Notes under the pieces: generated by a model
What the model saw: the letters and a program-made list of their open reading frames with translations, nothing else
Told to the model about the DNA's origin: nothing
Databases searched by the model: none
NCBI GenBank assembly: GCA_965231035.1
Contig: OZ246409.1
Span: 257,222-321,221 of the forward strand
Source: an uncultured Muribaculaceae bacterium
Lineage (GTDB): Bacteria > Pseudomonadota > Alphaproteobacteria > Rs-D84
Direction: 5' to 3'
Length of the DNA stretch: 64,000 bases
In this document: positions 36,755 to 46,500 of the stretch, in pieces
Numbering within the stretch: position 1 is the first letter of the stretch
Layout: each line of letters starts with the position of its first letter
Made by a program: the position numbers and the translations under genes

Positions 36755-37855
36755 ATGAAAAAATATCTGAACAAGATTTTTGTTGGCGACTGTATTGAAC
36801 AAATGCGCGGACTGCCTGACAGCAGCGTAGATGCCGTTTTTGCCGACTCTCCTTATAACTTACAACTGGGCGAAAAAACACTTTACAGACCCGAAGATCA
36901 AACCGCCGCACGTGCAGTTCGTGATTCTTGGGATTATTTTGAGTCAAATGCTGAATATGATAAATTTACACGTGAATGGATGACCGAGTGTAAACGCGTA
37001 TTAAAGCCAGATGGTGCAATGTGGGTTATTGGCAGTTATCATAATATTTTCAGGGTTGGCAGCATTTTGCAAGATTTGGGATTCTGGATTTTGAACGATA
37101 TTGTTTGGGTTAAAAATAATCCTATGCCCAACTTTCGCGGGACTCGTTTCACAAACGCCCATGAAACTTTGATTTGGGCAACCCCGCACAAGACTGGAAA
37201 ATATACTTTTAATTATGAAACCATGAAAAAACTGAATGGTGGTAAACAGATGCGTTCTGATTGGGATATAAATATTTGCTTGGGCGAAGAACGTGTCAAA
37301 GATGAAACCGGTAAAAGCCTGCACAACACCCAAAAACCCGAAGATTTATTAAAACGCGTAATTTTGTCTTCCACAAAACCTGGGGATATTATTTTGGATC
37401 CATTTATGGGCAGTGGAACAACCGCAGCAGTTGCCAAAGAATTGGGTAGAAACTTTATTGGATTTGAACGCGAAGAATCTTATGTCACAGCTGCGCGTGA
37501 ACGCGTTGATGCAGTTAAACCAATTGATTTGTCTGAAATAGAAGTATCCGCCCCAAAGCGTGATGAAATCCGTGTAGCCTTTAATGAATTAATTGAAGGT
37601 GGATTGCTGTATGTCGGTCAAACACTGGTCAGTCCACGTGGTGAACGTGTAATGATAACACGTGACGGACAATTGACACACAGTCTGTATGGCAAAGCAT
37701 CAATTCACGTTATGGCAGCCAAAATACAGCGCAGTGCCAGCTTTAACGGATGGGATTATTGGAGTGCGATTAAAAAAGACGGAACACTTGTCGCGATTGA
37801 CGAACTTCGTAAATATATCCGCAACATAAAACGCGACATCAAAAAAGTTGCATAA
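36755..37855 (+). CDS. ccrM: CcrM-type N6-adenine DNA methyltransferase (GANTC)
   Basis: IFVGDCIEQMRGLPDSSVDAVFADSPYNLQL (DPPY motif); FNGT-like GSGTTAAVAKELGRNFIGFE; C-terminal extension typical of the CcrM clade. Confidence 0.85.
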   Translation: MKKYLNKIFVGDCIEQMRGLPDSSVDAVFADSPYNLQLGEKTLYRPEDQTAARAVRDSWDYFESNAEYDKFTREWMTECKRVLKPDGAMWVIGSYHNIFRVGSILQDLGFWILNDIVWVKNNPMPNFRGTRFTNAHETLIWATPHKTGKYTFNYETMKKLNGGKQMRSDWDINICLGEERVKDETGKSLHNTQKPEDLLKRVILSSTKPGDIILDPFMGSGTTAAVAKELGRNFIGFEREESYVTAARERVDAVKPIDLSEIEVSAPKRDEIRVAFNELIEGGLLYVGQTLVSPRGERVMITRDGQLTHSLYGKASIHVMAAKIQRSASFNGWDYWSAIKKDGTLVAIDELRKYIRNIKRDIKKVA

Positions 37856-37882
37856 AAAAGCGGGTTAAAACCCGCTTTTTTA
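37854..37882. terminator. Bidirectional intrinsic terminator
   Basis: aaaaAGCGGGttaaaaCCCGCTttttt. Confidence 0.5.
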
Positions 37883-39307
37883 TTGTTGCTGTTGCTTGTT
37901 ACCAAAATATTTGTCGAATGCTTTTTGGTTCAGCTTTACTGGATATTCACGTATCAAGAATGAATTATAATCAGACATAACTGAACGTGATTTCATACCT
38001 TGCAGTTCTTTCTTTAATGCTGCAAATTTTGCGTTATCCATCTTTGGCGCAATTGATTTTCCAACATGCAGAACCCAGAAAGAATTTTTACCTGGGACTA
38101 TTAAATTTTTGCCTTCACCATTTGAAAATGCTGAAACTAATAATTCTACTGGCGCACCATTTGCACGGGAAACAGTTACAGATTTTTTGCCTGCCAAAGA
38201 TTTATCCTTGTTAAGATTTATCAACAATTGATTTGCGTGCAGATAAGCCTGCTTTTTTTGTTCTTCGGTTTTCCAACCAGCAATCAAATTGCTTTTTACA
38301 GAATCAAAATTAGCAGCGGCTTCTTTGTTAATTTTTTCAACACGGATAATTGCAAAACCCTGTTTTGTTTCCATAATTTCACTTTCCAGACCCTGCTCCA
38401 TTGCAAAGATTTTTGCAACAACTTGGTCGGTCAGCAATTGATCAACAGGTCTTTTGTTTTTCTGGAATGCTGGCAGCAAAATATATTTTGCATTAACTTT
38501 TTTGGCGGCAACCGACATAGAATCACCAGAAATTATTGAATCTTCCATTTTTTGTGCACGTGTGTAACCTGCATCATAGCTGTCCGGTTTATCCATCTGT
38601 GCAGAAACCAAAACATAAGATACCACACGTGATTCTGGAATCATTTTTGGGTTTTGTTTATAGAATTCACGCAACTGTGAATCTGTTGGATTTGCAACCT
38701 TGAAATCACCAAAGTTCACAGCTGTGTAATCAATCTGTCTTTGACCGTATCTGGTGTTGTAAACAGCCTTGACCTCGAAATCAGGAACTTTGACTGGAAC
38801 AGACATAGAACCTAAAACCATTCCTCGCAAAATTTGGCTGCGCAGATATTCTGCAAATTGTTCTTCGGAAAATCCTGAATTATTCAGAATTCTGTCAAAC
38901 TTCATAGGTGAAAAAGTACCACGATCCTGGAATTCTGGAAAGTTGCGAATTTCACGTGCAATACGTCTGTCTGTTACTATAAATTTTAAATCATTGGCAC
39001 GATTTTGAATCAAAGCACTGTTTGTCAAATCGCCCATAACTTTATTTAAAAAAGCACTTGATGCCGCAGGATCGGTATAAATTTGTTTCTGCTGAGGTTT
39101 GGACAATCTTTCCAGTTCCCTAGTTTTTTCATTACTGAATTGTCCCGGGGTTATTTTAATATCACCAACCCTTAACAAAGCGCTTTCGCGGTTCGCATTA
39201 TTCAAAACCCATTCAGCCACGCCCCAACCAACGAATGAAAACATTAATATTCCAATCAGAACTTTGGCGATTGGCTTGTTCGACATGTCACGTAAATATT
39301 CTAGCAT
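37880..39307 (-). CDS. PpiD-like periplasmic chaperone (SurA-N domain, membrane-anchored)
   Basis: N-terminal MLEYLRDMSNKPIAKVLIGILMFSFVGWGVAEWV is typical of PpiD. Confidence 0.6.
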   Translation of the reverse strand: MLEYLRDMSNKPIAKVLIGILMFSFVGWGVAEWVLNNANRESALLRVGDIKITPGQFSNEKTRELERLSKPQQKQIYTDPAASSAFLNKVMGDLTNSALIQNRANDLKFIVTDRRIAREIRNFPEFQDRGTFSPMKFDRILNNSGFSEEQFAEYLRSQILRGMVLGSMSVPVKVPDFEVKAVYNTRYGQRQIDYTAVNFGDFKVANPTDSQLREFYKQNPKMIPESRVVSYVLVSAQMDKPDSYDAGYTRAQKMEDSIISGDSMSVAAKKVNAKYILLPAFQKNKRPVDQLLTDQVVAKIFAMEQGLESEIMETKQGFAIIRVEKINKEAAANFDSVKSNLIAGWKTEEQKKQAYLHANQLLINLNKDKSLAGKKSVTVSRANGAPVELLVSAFSNGEGKNLIVPGKNSFWVLHVGKSIAPKMDNAKFAALKKELQGMKSRSVMSDYNSFLIREYPVKLNQKAFDKYFGNKQQQQ

Positions 39308-39355
39308 TTATAATCCTTTTGGAGTATCCTAGCAAAACACAAAGGAGAAAATCAA

Positions 39356-40033
39356 TTGAAAATAATCGCAGGAAATTGGAAAATGAATGGATCCTCAGCA
39401 GAACTGGAAACTATGATTTCCAGGTTGGAATCCGTTAAGACAAATAACCAAGTTATACTTTGCGTTCCTTTTACAATGTTGAATCATAAATCAAAAAAAA
39501 TTGCTATTGGTGCCCAAGATGTCAGTCAACACGAACGTGGGGCATATACTGGCGAAGTATCTGCACAAATGATTGCCGAAATCGGCACAAAATACGTAAT
39601 AGTCGGTCACAGTGAACGCCGCCAATATCATAATGAAACAAGTGAACAGGTTCGCCAAAAAGCCGATAGGGTTATTGAAGCCGGAATGATTCCAATTGTT
39701 TGTGTTGGGGAAACTTTGGAACAAAAAAATACTGGAAAAACCTTTGAAATTATTGAAAAACAAATCCAAGAATCAACCAAGGATTTGGGAAAATATATTA
39801 TCGCATACGAACCCGTTTGGGCAATTGGTACTGGATTAACGCCAACAACAGAAGAAATCACAACAGTTCATACACATATTAGAAAACTGACAGGTGCCAG
39901 CCTGCTCTATGGTGGATCTGTAAAAGCCAGCAATGCAGTTGAAATTATGTTGATACCAAACGTGGATGGTGTTTTAGTTGGTGGTGCATCCTTGAAACCG
40001 GACGATTTTATACCTATAATAGAAAGCGTATAA
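39356..40033 (+). CDS. tpiA: Triosephosphate isomerase
   Basis: IAGNWKMNG, VGHSERR, catalytic E in AYEPVWAIGTG, GGASLK. Confidence 0.85.
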   Translation: MKIIAGNWKMNGSSAELETMISRLESVKTNNQVILCVPFTMLNHKSKKIAIGAQDVSQHERGAYTGEVSAQMIAEIGTKYVIVGHSERRQYHNETSEQVRQKADRVIEAGMIPIVCVGETLEQKNTGKTFEIIEKQIQESTKDLGKYIIAYEPVWAIGTGLTPTTEEITTVHTHIRKLTGASLLYGGSVKASNAVEIMLIPNVDGVLVGGASLKPDDFIPIIESV

Positions 40034-40053
40034 AAATAAAATTGGTGTAAATT

Positions 40054-40572
40054 ATGGAAGAAAAAGAAATACTAGAAAACCAAACGAACGAAGAAAACGT
40101 TCAAACAGAATCGGAAAAAAATTCCGAAGTTGAATCCTTGCTTACCCAGATTGCTGGACTGAATGATAAATATCTTCGTCTGGCCGCAGAGCTGGAAAAT
40201 ACCCGCCGTCGTGCTGCGCTGGATGCTGAATCGACTGCCCGCAATCGTGCCTTGGCAATAATGCAAAGCTTTTTACCAGTTATGGATGCGGTTGACGCCG
40301 CTGTATCGCACGAGCCAAATGATGCCGGAATTATTTCTATTTCTAAAACACTGGTATCAGCATTGGCAAAAATCGGAATTACAAAAATTGAAACTGTTGG
40401 GCAAGTGCTGAATCCGCAATTTCATAATGTTTTACAGGTTGTTGAAAAACAATTATCTGATTGCCCATGTTCTGCCAAGCCAATTCCAAATGAAATTGTT
40501 GGAGAATTGCAGTCCGGGTATATGTTCGGTGATACTGTTTTACGTCCAGCATCGGTTGTTGTGCAAAAATAA
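40054..40572 (+). CDS. grpE: Nucleotide exchange factor GrpE
   Basis: LNDKYLRLAAELENTRRRA and the C-terminal beta-domain. Confidence 0.8.
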   Translation: MEEKEILENQTNEENVQTESEKNSEVESLLTQIAGLNDKYLRLAAELENTRRRAALDAESTARNRALAIMQSFLPVMDAVDAAVSHEPNDAGIISISKTLVSALAKIGITKIETVGQVLNPQFHNVLQVVEKQLSDCPCSAKPIPNEIVGELQSGYMFGDTVLRPASVVVQK

Positions 40573-40580
40573 TCATTTTA

Positions 40581-40612
40581 TTAATTGACAAGTTACATAT
40601 TTGTATTAATGT
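40581..40612 (+). promoter_or_regulatory. Copy B of the conserved 30-bp promoter/operator motif (-10 TAATGT)
   Basis: ttaattgacaagttacatatttgtattaatgt. Confidence 0.5.
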
Positions 40613-40613
40613 T

Positions 40614-40973
40614 GTGCTTGTAAAAACGAGCAAAGATTTGCCATACGAAAAAAATGAAATTATTGAAAAAATAGATGAAAACGGTGTAATAACATACAAC
40701 ATATACGATTGTAATTTACTGAAGAAAACCGTTTCTAAAATAAAAAATCCAAAAGAAGCCGAAAAAAAGTTTTTTGGGATCCAATATAATTATTCTATTG
40801 ATAATACGCCAAAAATTATAGAAATGACCTTTGAAGTCGCCGAAAGGAATTGGTTTTATTATCAATTGGAAAACCATGTAAAAAATGAAATAGTAAAGAA
40901 AAATAATAAAAATTCCTCAAAAAACACCGTTAAAAACTATTTTGCGAGCATACTACAAAAAATAAGAAATTGA
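40614..40973 (+). CDS. Small hypothetical protein. The true start is uncertain: the GTG at 40614 abuts the -10 box, and a downstream TTG/ATG is likely
   Basis: 119-aa track ORF; no recognised motifs. Confidence 0.3.
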   Translation: MLVKTSKDLPYEKNEIIEKIDENGVITYNIYDCNLLKKTVSKIKNPKEAEKKFFGIQYNYSIDNTPKIIEMTFEVAERNWFYYQLENHVKNEIVKKNNKNSSKNTVKNYFASILQKIRN

Positions 40974-40978
40974 AATTA

Positions 40979-41010
40979 TTAATTGACAAATTATATGTTT
41001 GTATTAATAT
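40979..41010 (+). promoter_or_regulatory. Copy C of the conserved 30-bp promoter/operator motif (-10 TAATAT)
   Basis: ttaattgacaaattatatgtttgtattaatat. Confidence 0.5.
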
Positions 41011-41031
41011 ACAATGCATAAGGTTTTTAAA

Positions 41032-41373
41032 ATGACAGAATTAAAAAAAGAAAATTATCAAAAAGACGGATTGTATAAATTGCTTGAAAAAAATTCCGAA
41101 ACTTTTGAGTTGTATAATTATGATTTCCTTGCAATGGTTATTAAAAGAAATTCTAACGGATCTTTCCACGGAATACAGAACAGCAGAACATGTGGATTAA
41201 TTCCAATGTTACCCAAAGATGCTGAAAAGCGTTGGTATGAATGTGAAAAAGAACTTCAAAATACAAAAAATAATGTTAAAATTATCAACATTTCAAAAAA
41301 AGAGACTGTTGGTAGATTTCAGAATATTTTAAATTCTGTTTTAAATCTTCTAAAACCATGTAATGCAAAATAA
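41032..41373 (+). CDS. Small hypothetical protein (start at the second ATG, preceded by an AAGG RBS)
   Basis: MTELKKENYQKDG...; no recognised motifs. Confidence 0.35.
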   Translation: MTELKKENYQKDGLYKLLEKNSETFELYNYDFLAMVIKRNSNGSFHGIQNSRTCGLIPMLPKDAEKRWYECEKELQNTKNNVKIINISKKETVGRFQNILNSVLNLLKPCNAK

Positions 41374-41408
41374 AAAATCTCGACAATGCCGAGATTTTTT
41401 ATTTTTTT
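41374..41408. terminator. Bidirectional intrinsic terminator
   Basis: aaaaaATCTCGacaatgcCGAGATtttttatttttt. Confidence 0.5.
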
Positions 41409-44400
41409 ATATTCCCAACTTATGTGTCAGTTTTAACATAAATATGGATTCATTTCCAAATTCACTGATATTGTTTGGATTGATGCGATAAATCATCCCC
41501 AGCGCACCATCTGTAAATGCCCCCAGCTTTACACGATAGCTTCCTGTGAATCTTAATTCTCGCTTTTCTGGTGACAGACCCAAATCAGAAATATGGGTAT
41601 CCCTTACAACCAGATCATATGTTCCATCTGAATTTTCAACAACATCATAATCTGCATAAGCATATTTCATATCACCCGAAGTAATTGCCAAAGGCATTGC
41701 GGCCGAGAATGAAAAATTATTTACATCTGCCCCAACTGAGAATGAATTTGATTTAATATCCGACAATCCCAATATGAAATCACCATTTGGATTTGCACGT
41801 GTTTGTGCAAAAGTCGAACGAACTGAAAAATCAATATCCTTGGTCGGGCTGTATCTTGCAACAGTATCAACATATGTTGTATCACCCTGACCCAGTCCTA
41901 ACAATCCGCCCGTTTGTGCACCCAATACTGTATTTGTTTCATGTGCAGTTCCGATTGCTGATGTAATTGCAAACTTTCCATTACCCCATGTAACGTTTGT
42001 TTCACCACCCTGGATTAATCCCAGGTTTGCTGGCTGGTACTGACTGGTAACAGTTGGGTCATTTTGCAAAATAGATTCATCTGTAATATTTCCCGAAAAC
42101 GTACGTGCACCAAAAGACCAATTTCCTGATTTGTACTCGGCACCAGTTGAAACTATATTCGAAGCCAAAGATAAAACAGGATTCGCAGTACCGTCAAATC
42201 TGGAAACACCATCAGTAAAGTGACGCTGATAACCGGCGCTGAAATTAAAGTTACCGACACCATATCCAAATTGTAAATTATCCAAACCACCCATATTATC
42301 AACATAAGCTTTTTCGGATACAGCCATTTGGAATGTTACATTACCCGATTTGAATTGTTTTGGATTTTCTTTGGTTGTTTGGAAACTTCCCAATACATCA
42401 CCCATATAAAGCCCACGAACATCAGATGTACCCAGCGCAAATTCATTTTCCCAAACACGTGGCAATGACAACGTTCCATCAGAACTTGTCAGAACATCAT
42501 AAAATGGTGCACTTATTGATGCGGCACGTGGATTAAACACTGCAGATGATCTGAACAAAGTATTTGTTGCCGCACGCCAATAACCATTTCCACTTGTTGA
42601 TACTATTGAATCCCCATCATAGTAATAAACATTAGCTGTTGGTTTTGTTGCACGTTCAATATTAACCAATCCGTAACCAAACACTTCTTTGAAAACTTTC
42701 AAATAGTCTTCGCCACCTGAGTCAACACGATACTGGTATTCTGTTGGCAATTGATACATAGCCTGCAAATAAGTTTTCAATGCCGAAACTGTCATAGCAG
42801 TCCCGGTTGTAGTTGTTGCCAAATAAGGACCATCAGCAGTCAAAGCCAACAAAGCAAACAATTGTTTGTTATTCAAATAATCAAATGCGGATTTCACAGC
42901 ACCAACCGCCCCAGCCATACTGGATACAGCCAATTCGTCTGTCAATCCTGCCGCAGAAAAACACCATGGATCAATTCCATTTGCACCACTGCCCGCAATC
43001 CCACAAGCGCGTGATTTATAGTTTTTATCATCTAATGGATCAATTGTTCCCTGGGTATCGGTCCAAGTTGATAACGCAATCTTGCCAGAAGGAACATAAC
43101 CAGAAACGCTTGTTTGACCATTTGTGCCGGTACCATTCAATCCAACTGCAACAACCGACATAAATAAATGTTCCAAATTACTGAAAACCAATGGTGCAGA
43201 ATTTTCAAATGTCGCCGTTAATGTTTGTCCTGAATATGAGCTGTCTGTTTCTGCTGCACCAGTCGAGAATATTACCAATGGTGCCCAATCGCGAAGCCCG
43301 TAGTTGTAAAAGAAATCAAAAAAGAGGCTAGCATCTGCACTTGGTAATACTGAGGTTCCATCATTCTCATAATACAAATCAACATAATCAAAAAACTTAT
43401 CCTTATAGTTAGTCGGGGTAGGAGTAACAGATAAAATATCACCAACTGTTTTTGCATCACGATCATGCAGTGGTGAAATCACAGAAGCATTTGCAATAAT
43501 ATCCACTTTTGAACGACCTGTGCTTTCTTCTGGGTCAACTAATCCCGTTAAACCAATGGCATTCAACAATGCCTTGTAATTCTTATAATCTATATTTCCC
43601 AGTTCTTTTGTCAAAGCCAAATCATTATCAGATTCAATCGTATAGGCCTTATCAACAGTACCATCGTCATCGCTGTCAATGTATAATAAACCATCCAGAC
43701 CCTTGTATCCTTTATAAGTATGTGTTCCGTCAGTTGCAGTAAATCCCAACCCAGATGAATCTTTTGCCACTGTCAAAGTATAAGAAAACAGTGTCAAAGT
43801 ATCACTGGATGACCAGCCACTGGTGCTGTTATCAGTATACACACCAGAAACTGTGCCTGCTGCGGCTTTCATACCTTTGCCACCACCAGTTCTGAAAATT
43901 GTCATCTGGCCATTTGGCATAAATCCAATATAGTCAGCAGATGAATAACCAGAATCCTTACCACCGACAACCTTGGCTAATAAATCGTCTATATCTCTTG
44001 AAAAAGAATTATTTATAACCGTTCCATATCCAGCCAAGTCGAACGAATTTAGTGCTGCTGAACTTGAATCTTCTTCGGTCGAATCGTCCAATATTGAATC
44101 AGACTCTGACCCACGATTTATTTTATTATTATAATATTTGCTGGACATCATATTATTACTTGCAGATATCACGGCATTATTATTTGTTTTGCTCCATAAT
44201 AATAATCTATCTTCAAGTGAAGTATCTTGTTTCGCATTTATACCATTCTTTGTTATTATCGCAACATTTGTTGGGCGACCACCCATAACAGAACCACCAG
44301 TCAAAGAACGACCTGAAAAACTTAGCGGTGCTTTTGATTCTGTGTTTCGCAATGTTCGCATACCCATATAACCACGTGCCAGCGCAGAATATCCATGCAT

Positions 44401-45144
44401 CATCAATAAATAATTTTGTTTATACACATGATTTGTCGTATCCGTACTGGTACCGGTCATCAATGCGAAATTATCTTTTAAAATACCTGCGGTTGATGGG
44501 CTGTAATAATTCAAATTGTTTGTGTAATTCGCGGTTTCCGATGTCGCATTAGGCATAGCGGGACTGTAAGGTAATTGAAAAGACGCAGTTCCACCACCAG
44601 GCGTAACATTTGTACAATCACATGTGCCATCTGCTTTACATATTCCAACACTGGTAATTGAACAACGACATTGTTCACCCGAAACACATTTTGTATTATC
44701 TGTGCTGGTGGTATTACTATTTCCAGCAGATACAACATCCGTTAACATAAACAGTCCGCCAACAACAACGGCGGCCCCTGCCGCCGCCAACGCTATGCTT
44801 TGGGCAGAAGACAGCCCGCTGAACAATCCACCAGATTCTTCTTTTGGTAATTTGTTTTTATATTTTTTAATCTGATAATCACACTTCGAAGCGTCTGCAC
44901 CGTACATTTGTAAAATCTGTGCGGCACGAATATCATTATTCATCAATGCTGTGCAAACAACCGACAAGCCAGTATTATCAACATAGTTTATATCCGCACC
45001 ATTATTAACCAGTGCTTGAACCTGCTGAACATCACCATTCTTTGCTGCGGCCAGCAACTGAGCTGCAACCTTGAAATTATCCACTGCAAAAGCGGAAAAT
45101 GGAACAAAAATCAAAGAAAACAACAATAATCTTATGTACTTCAT
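41407..45144 (-). CDS. Giant secreted/outer-membrane-associated protein with N-terminal ankyrin repeats and a C-terminal region of about 1000 aa that is beta-rich and rich in G, S, T, N and Y
   Basis: Signal peptide MKYIRLLLFSLIFVPFSAFA. Ankyrin repeats AAKNGDVQQVQALVNNGADINYVDNTGLSVVCTALMNNDIRAAQILQMYGADAS. A hydrophobic Gly/Ala segment is followed by a long passenger-like region and a C-terminal beta-strand-like pattern resembling an autotransporter. Confidence 0.55.
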   Translation of the reverse strand: MKYIRLLLFSLIFVPFSAFAVDNFKVAAQLLAAAKNGDVQQVQALVNNGADINYVDNTGLSVVCTALMNNDIRAAQILQMYGADASKCDYQIKKYKNKLPKEESGGLFSGLSSAQSIALAAAGAAVVVGGLFMLTDVVSAGNSNTTSTDNTKCVSGEQCRCSITSVGICKADGTCDCTNVTPGGGTASFQLPYSPAMPNATSETANYTNNLNYYSPSTAGILKDNFALMTGTSTDTTNHVYKQNYLLMMHGYSALARGYMGMRTLRNTESKAPLSFSGRSLTGGSVMGGRPTNVAIITKNGINAKQDTSLEDRLLLWSKTNNNAVISASNNMMSSKYYNNKINRGSESDSILDDSTEEDSSSAALNSFDLAGYGTVINNSFSRDIDDLLAKVVGGKDSGYSSADYIGFMPNGQMTIFRTGGGKGMKAAAGTVSGVYTDNSTSGWSSSDTLTLFSYTLTVAKDSSGLGFTATDGTHTYKGYKGLDGLLYIDSDDDGTVDKAYTIESDNDLALTKELGNIDYKNYKALLNAIGLTGLVDPEESTGRSKVDIIANASVISPLHDRDAKTVGDILSVTPTPTNYKDKFFDYVDLYYENDGTSVLPSADASLFFDFFYNYGLRDWAPLVIFSTGAAETDSSYSGQTLTATFENSAPLVFSNLEHLFMSVVAVGLNGTGTNGQTSVSGYVPSGKIALSTWTDTQGTIDPLDDKNYKSRACGIAGSGANGIDPWCFSAAGLTDELAVSSMAGAVGAVKSAFDYLNNKQLFALLALTADGPYLATTTTGTAMTVSALKTYLQAMYQLPTEYQYRVDSGGEDYLKVFKEVFGYGLVNIERATKPTANVYYYDGDSIVSTSGNGYWRAATNTLFRSSAVFNPRAASISAPFYDVLTSSDGTLSLPRVWENEFALGTSDVRGLYMGDVLGSFQTTKENPKQFKSGNVTFQMAVSEKAYVDNMGGLDNLQFGYGVGNFNFSAGYQRHFTDGVSRFDGTANPVLSLASNIVSTGAEYKSGNWSFGARTFSGNITDESILQNDPTVTSQYQPANLGLIQGGETNVTWGNGKFAITSAIGTAHETNTVLGAQTGGLLGLGQGDTTYVDTVARYSPTKDIDFSVRSTFAQTRANPNGDFILGLSDIKSNSFSVGADVNNFSFSAAMPLAITSGDMKYAYADYDVVENSDGTYDLVVRDTHISDLGLSPEKRELRFTGSYRVKLGAFTDGALGMIYRINPNNISEFGNESIFMLKLTHKLGI

Positions 45145-45209
45145 GAAAACTCTCTCTGCTAGAGAAAATTTTAACATAAAAATGTCAAATCTGTCCAGCG
45201 GAAAAAATG

Positions 45210-45482
45210 TTATCTTGTATTAAGTTTTTCAGATTGCAATTTTTTCAATATAATATCATCTGTGGTTTTATCCATATCAAAACCATCAAGCTTTTTTTCA
45301 AACTCTTGTTTTCCAAAATTTTTAATTTTATTTTTATCTTCCAACGACTTGTTAAGCAAATCTATTTTTGTTTTACTTAAATTTTCATCCAAGGCTTGCT
45401 TGACATTTAACAAAACAGATAATGCAAACAGAACCACAAAAGAATATTTACCAAAAGTTTTCAATTTCTTTTTATTATACAT
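45210..45482 (-). CDS. Small hypothetical exported protein
   Basis: 90 aa; hydrophobic N-terminus, K/E-rich. Confidence 0.3.
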   Translation of the reverse strand: MYNKKKLKTFGKYSFVVLFALSVLLNVKQALDENLSKTKIDLLNKSLEDKNKIKNFGKQEFEKKLDGFDMDKTTDDIILKKLQSEKLNTR

Positions 45483-45630
45483 AAGACTCTTCCTTTGATT
45501 ACTCTGCTATGTATAATAGACAAACACTATAACCGTCAAGCGTTTTTTCAATTTCAAGTCATTTTAAATATATTTTTGTTTTTCTCTTTTCTGGTGGGGT
45601 GTTTTTTGATACAATTAACAAACGAGAGAA

Positions 45631-46497
45631 ATGAATAAAAGTTTTGCCTTTTTCATATTTGCATTCAGCTTTGTATTTGCTGGTTTTTCTGCCGCAAGTG
45701 CTTCTTCGTGCTCGATTATGGATTTGAACAGATGTTTGGATTCAGCTTGCGGAATTAATATCAGCTTAAACCCCGGGGCACGTTGTCAGCTTTGTGGAAC
45801 TGCTCAGGCTGGTGCCGCTGATACAAAAGGATTCAAAAGTTTATCTGTTGGTGCATCAAACCGAAACACATTATCTGCATCAGATTTACAATCTGCGCCT
45901 TCTGACCCGGGATCCAGATACGCATGGGCCAGTGGCGAATGTTTAAAAAAGATTTCTGGTTGTACCGCAGATGATGTATCAAATAACTATGACAAATTAA
46001 TTGAACAATCTTGTCGTGCTGCGGGTGTTAACGCAGAAATGAATTCTTTGGTATCTGCTGCAAACAAACAAAAAAATGCAAACGTTTGTAATTCAGAAAT
46101 TCTTTTGTGTATGAATTCTGAAAAACATTGTGGCGCAGATTTTTCAAATTGCAAAACAGATGAAGATTTTAATAAACATTTTTCCGTCTGTGCATCAGAT
46201 ACAATTGGATGTGACAATTTTGTAAGTGATATGCGTACAAATATGATTTCACAGCGTGATTCTGCGACATTGGCTTATGATAATTCTGTATCCAGTATTG
46301 TTAAATCTTATCAAACAAAACGCGAAAGCGGATTGAAATCTGCAACAGATACTTGCACAAACAACAAGGGACGCGAAAGTTGCATAAAAACCGTTTGCCA
46401 GAATAATATGAAAAACAAGTGTGATAGTGATTCTGAAAAATCAATAGCGACATTGTTATGTAAATTTTACGACACAGCTTGCGGAAGGTTAAAATAA
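45631..46497 (+). CDS. Secreted cysteine-rich protein; small relative of the CGxDFxNC family. First gene of a four-gene operon
   Basis: Signal peptide; CSIMDLNRCLDSACG...; CMNSEKHCGADFSNC. Confidence 0.55.
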   Translation: MNKSFAFFIFAFSFVFAGFSAASASSCSIMDLNRCLDSACGINISLNPGARCQLCGTAQAGAADTKGFKSLSVGASNRNTLSASDLQSAPSDPGSRYAWASGECLKKISGCTADDVSNNYDKLIEQSCRAAGVNAEMNSLVSAANKQKNANVCNSEILLCMNSEKHCGADFSNCKTDEDFNKHFSVCASDTIGCDNFVSDMRTNMISQRDSATLAYDNSVSSIVKSYQTKRESGLKSATDTCTNNKGRESCIKTVCQNNMKNKCDSDSEKSIATLLCKFYDTACGRLK

Positions 46498-46500
46498 CAA

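Noticed and set aside
41407-45144. Subtilisin-like (S8) autotransporter assignment for the ankyrin protein, based on HGYSALARG and AVSSMAGAVGA resembling the His and Ser motifs
   Set aside because: The Ser motif lacks the conserved G-T-S-M-A-x-P context and no D-T/S-G Asp motif sits at the right position. Too weak to call.
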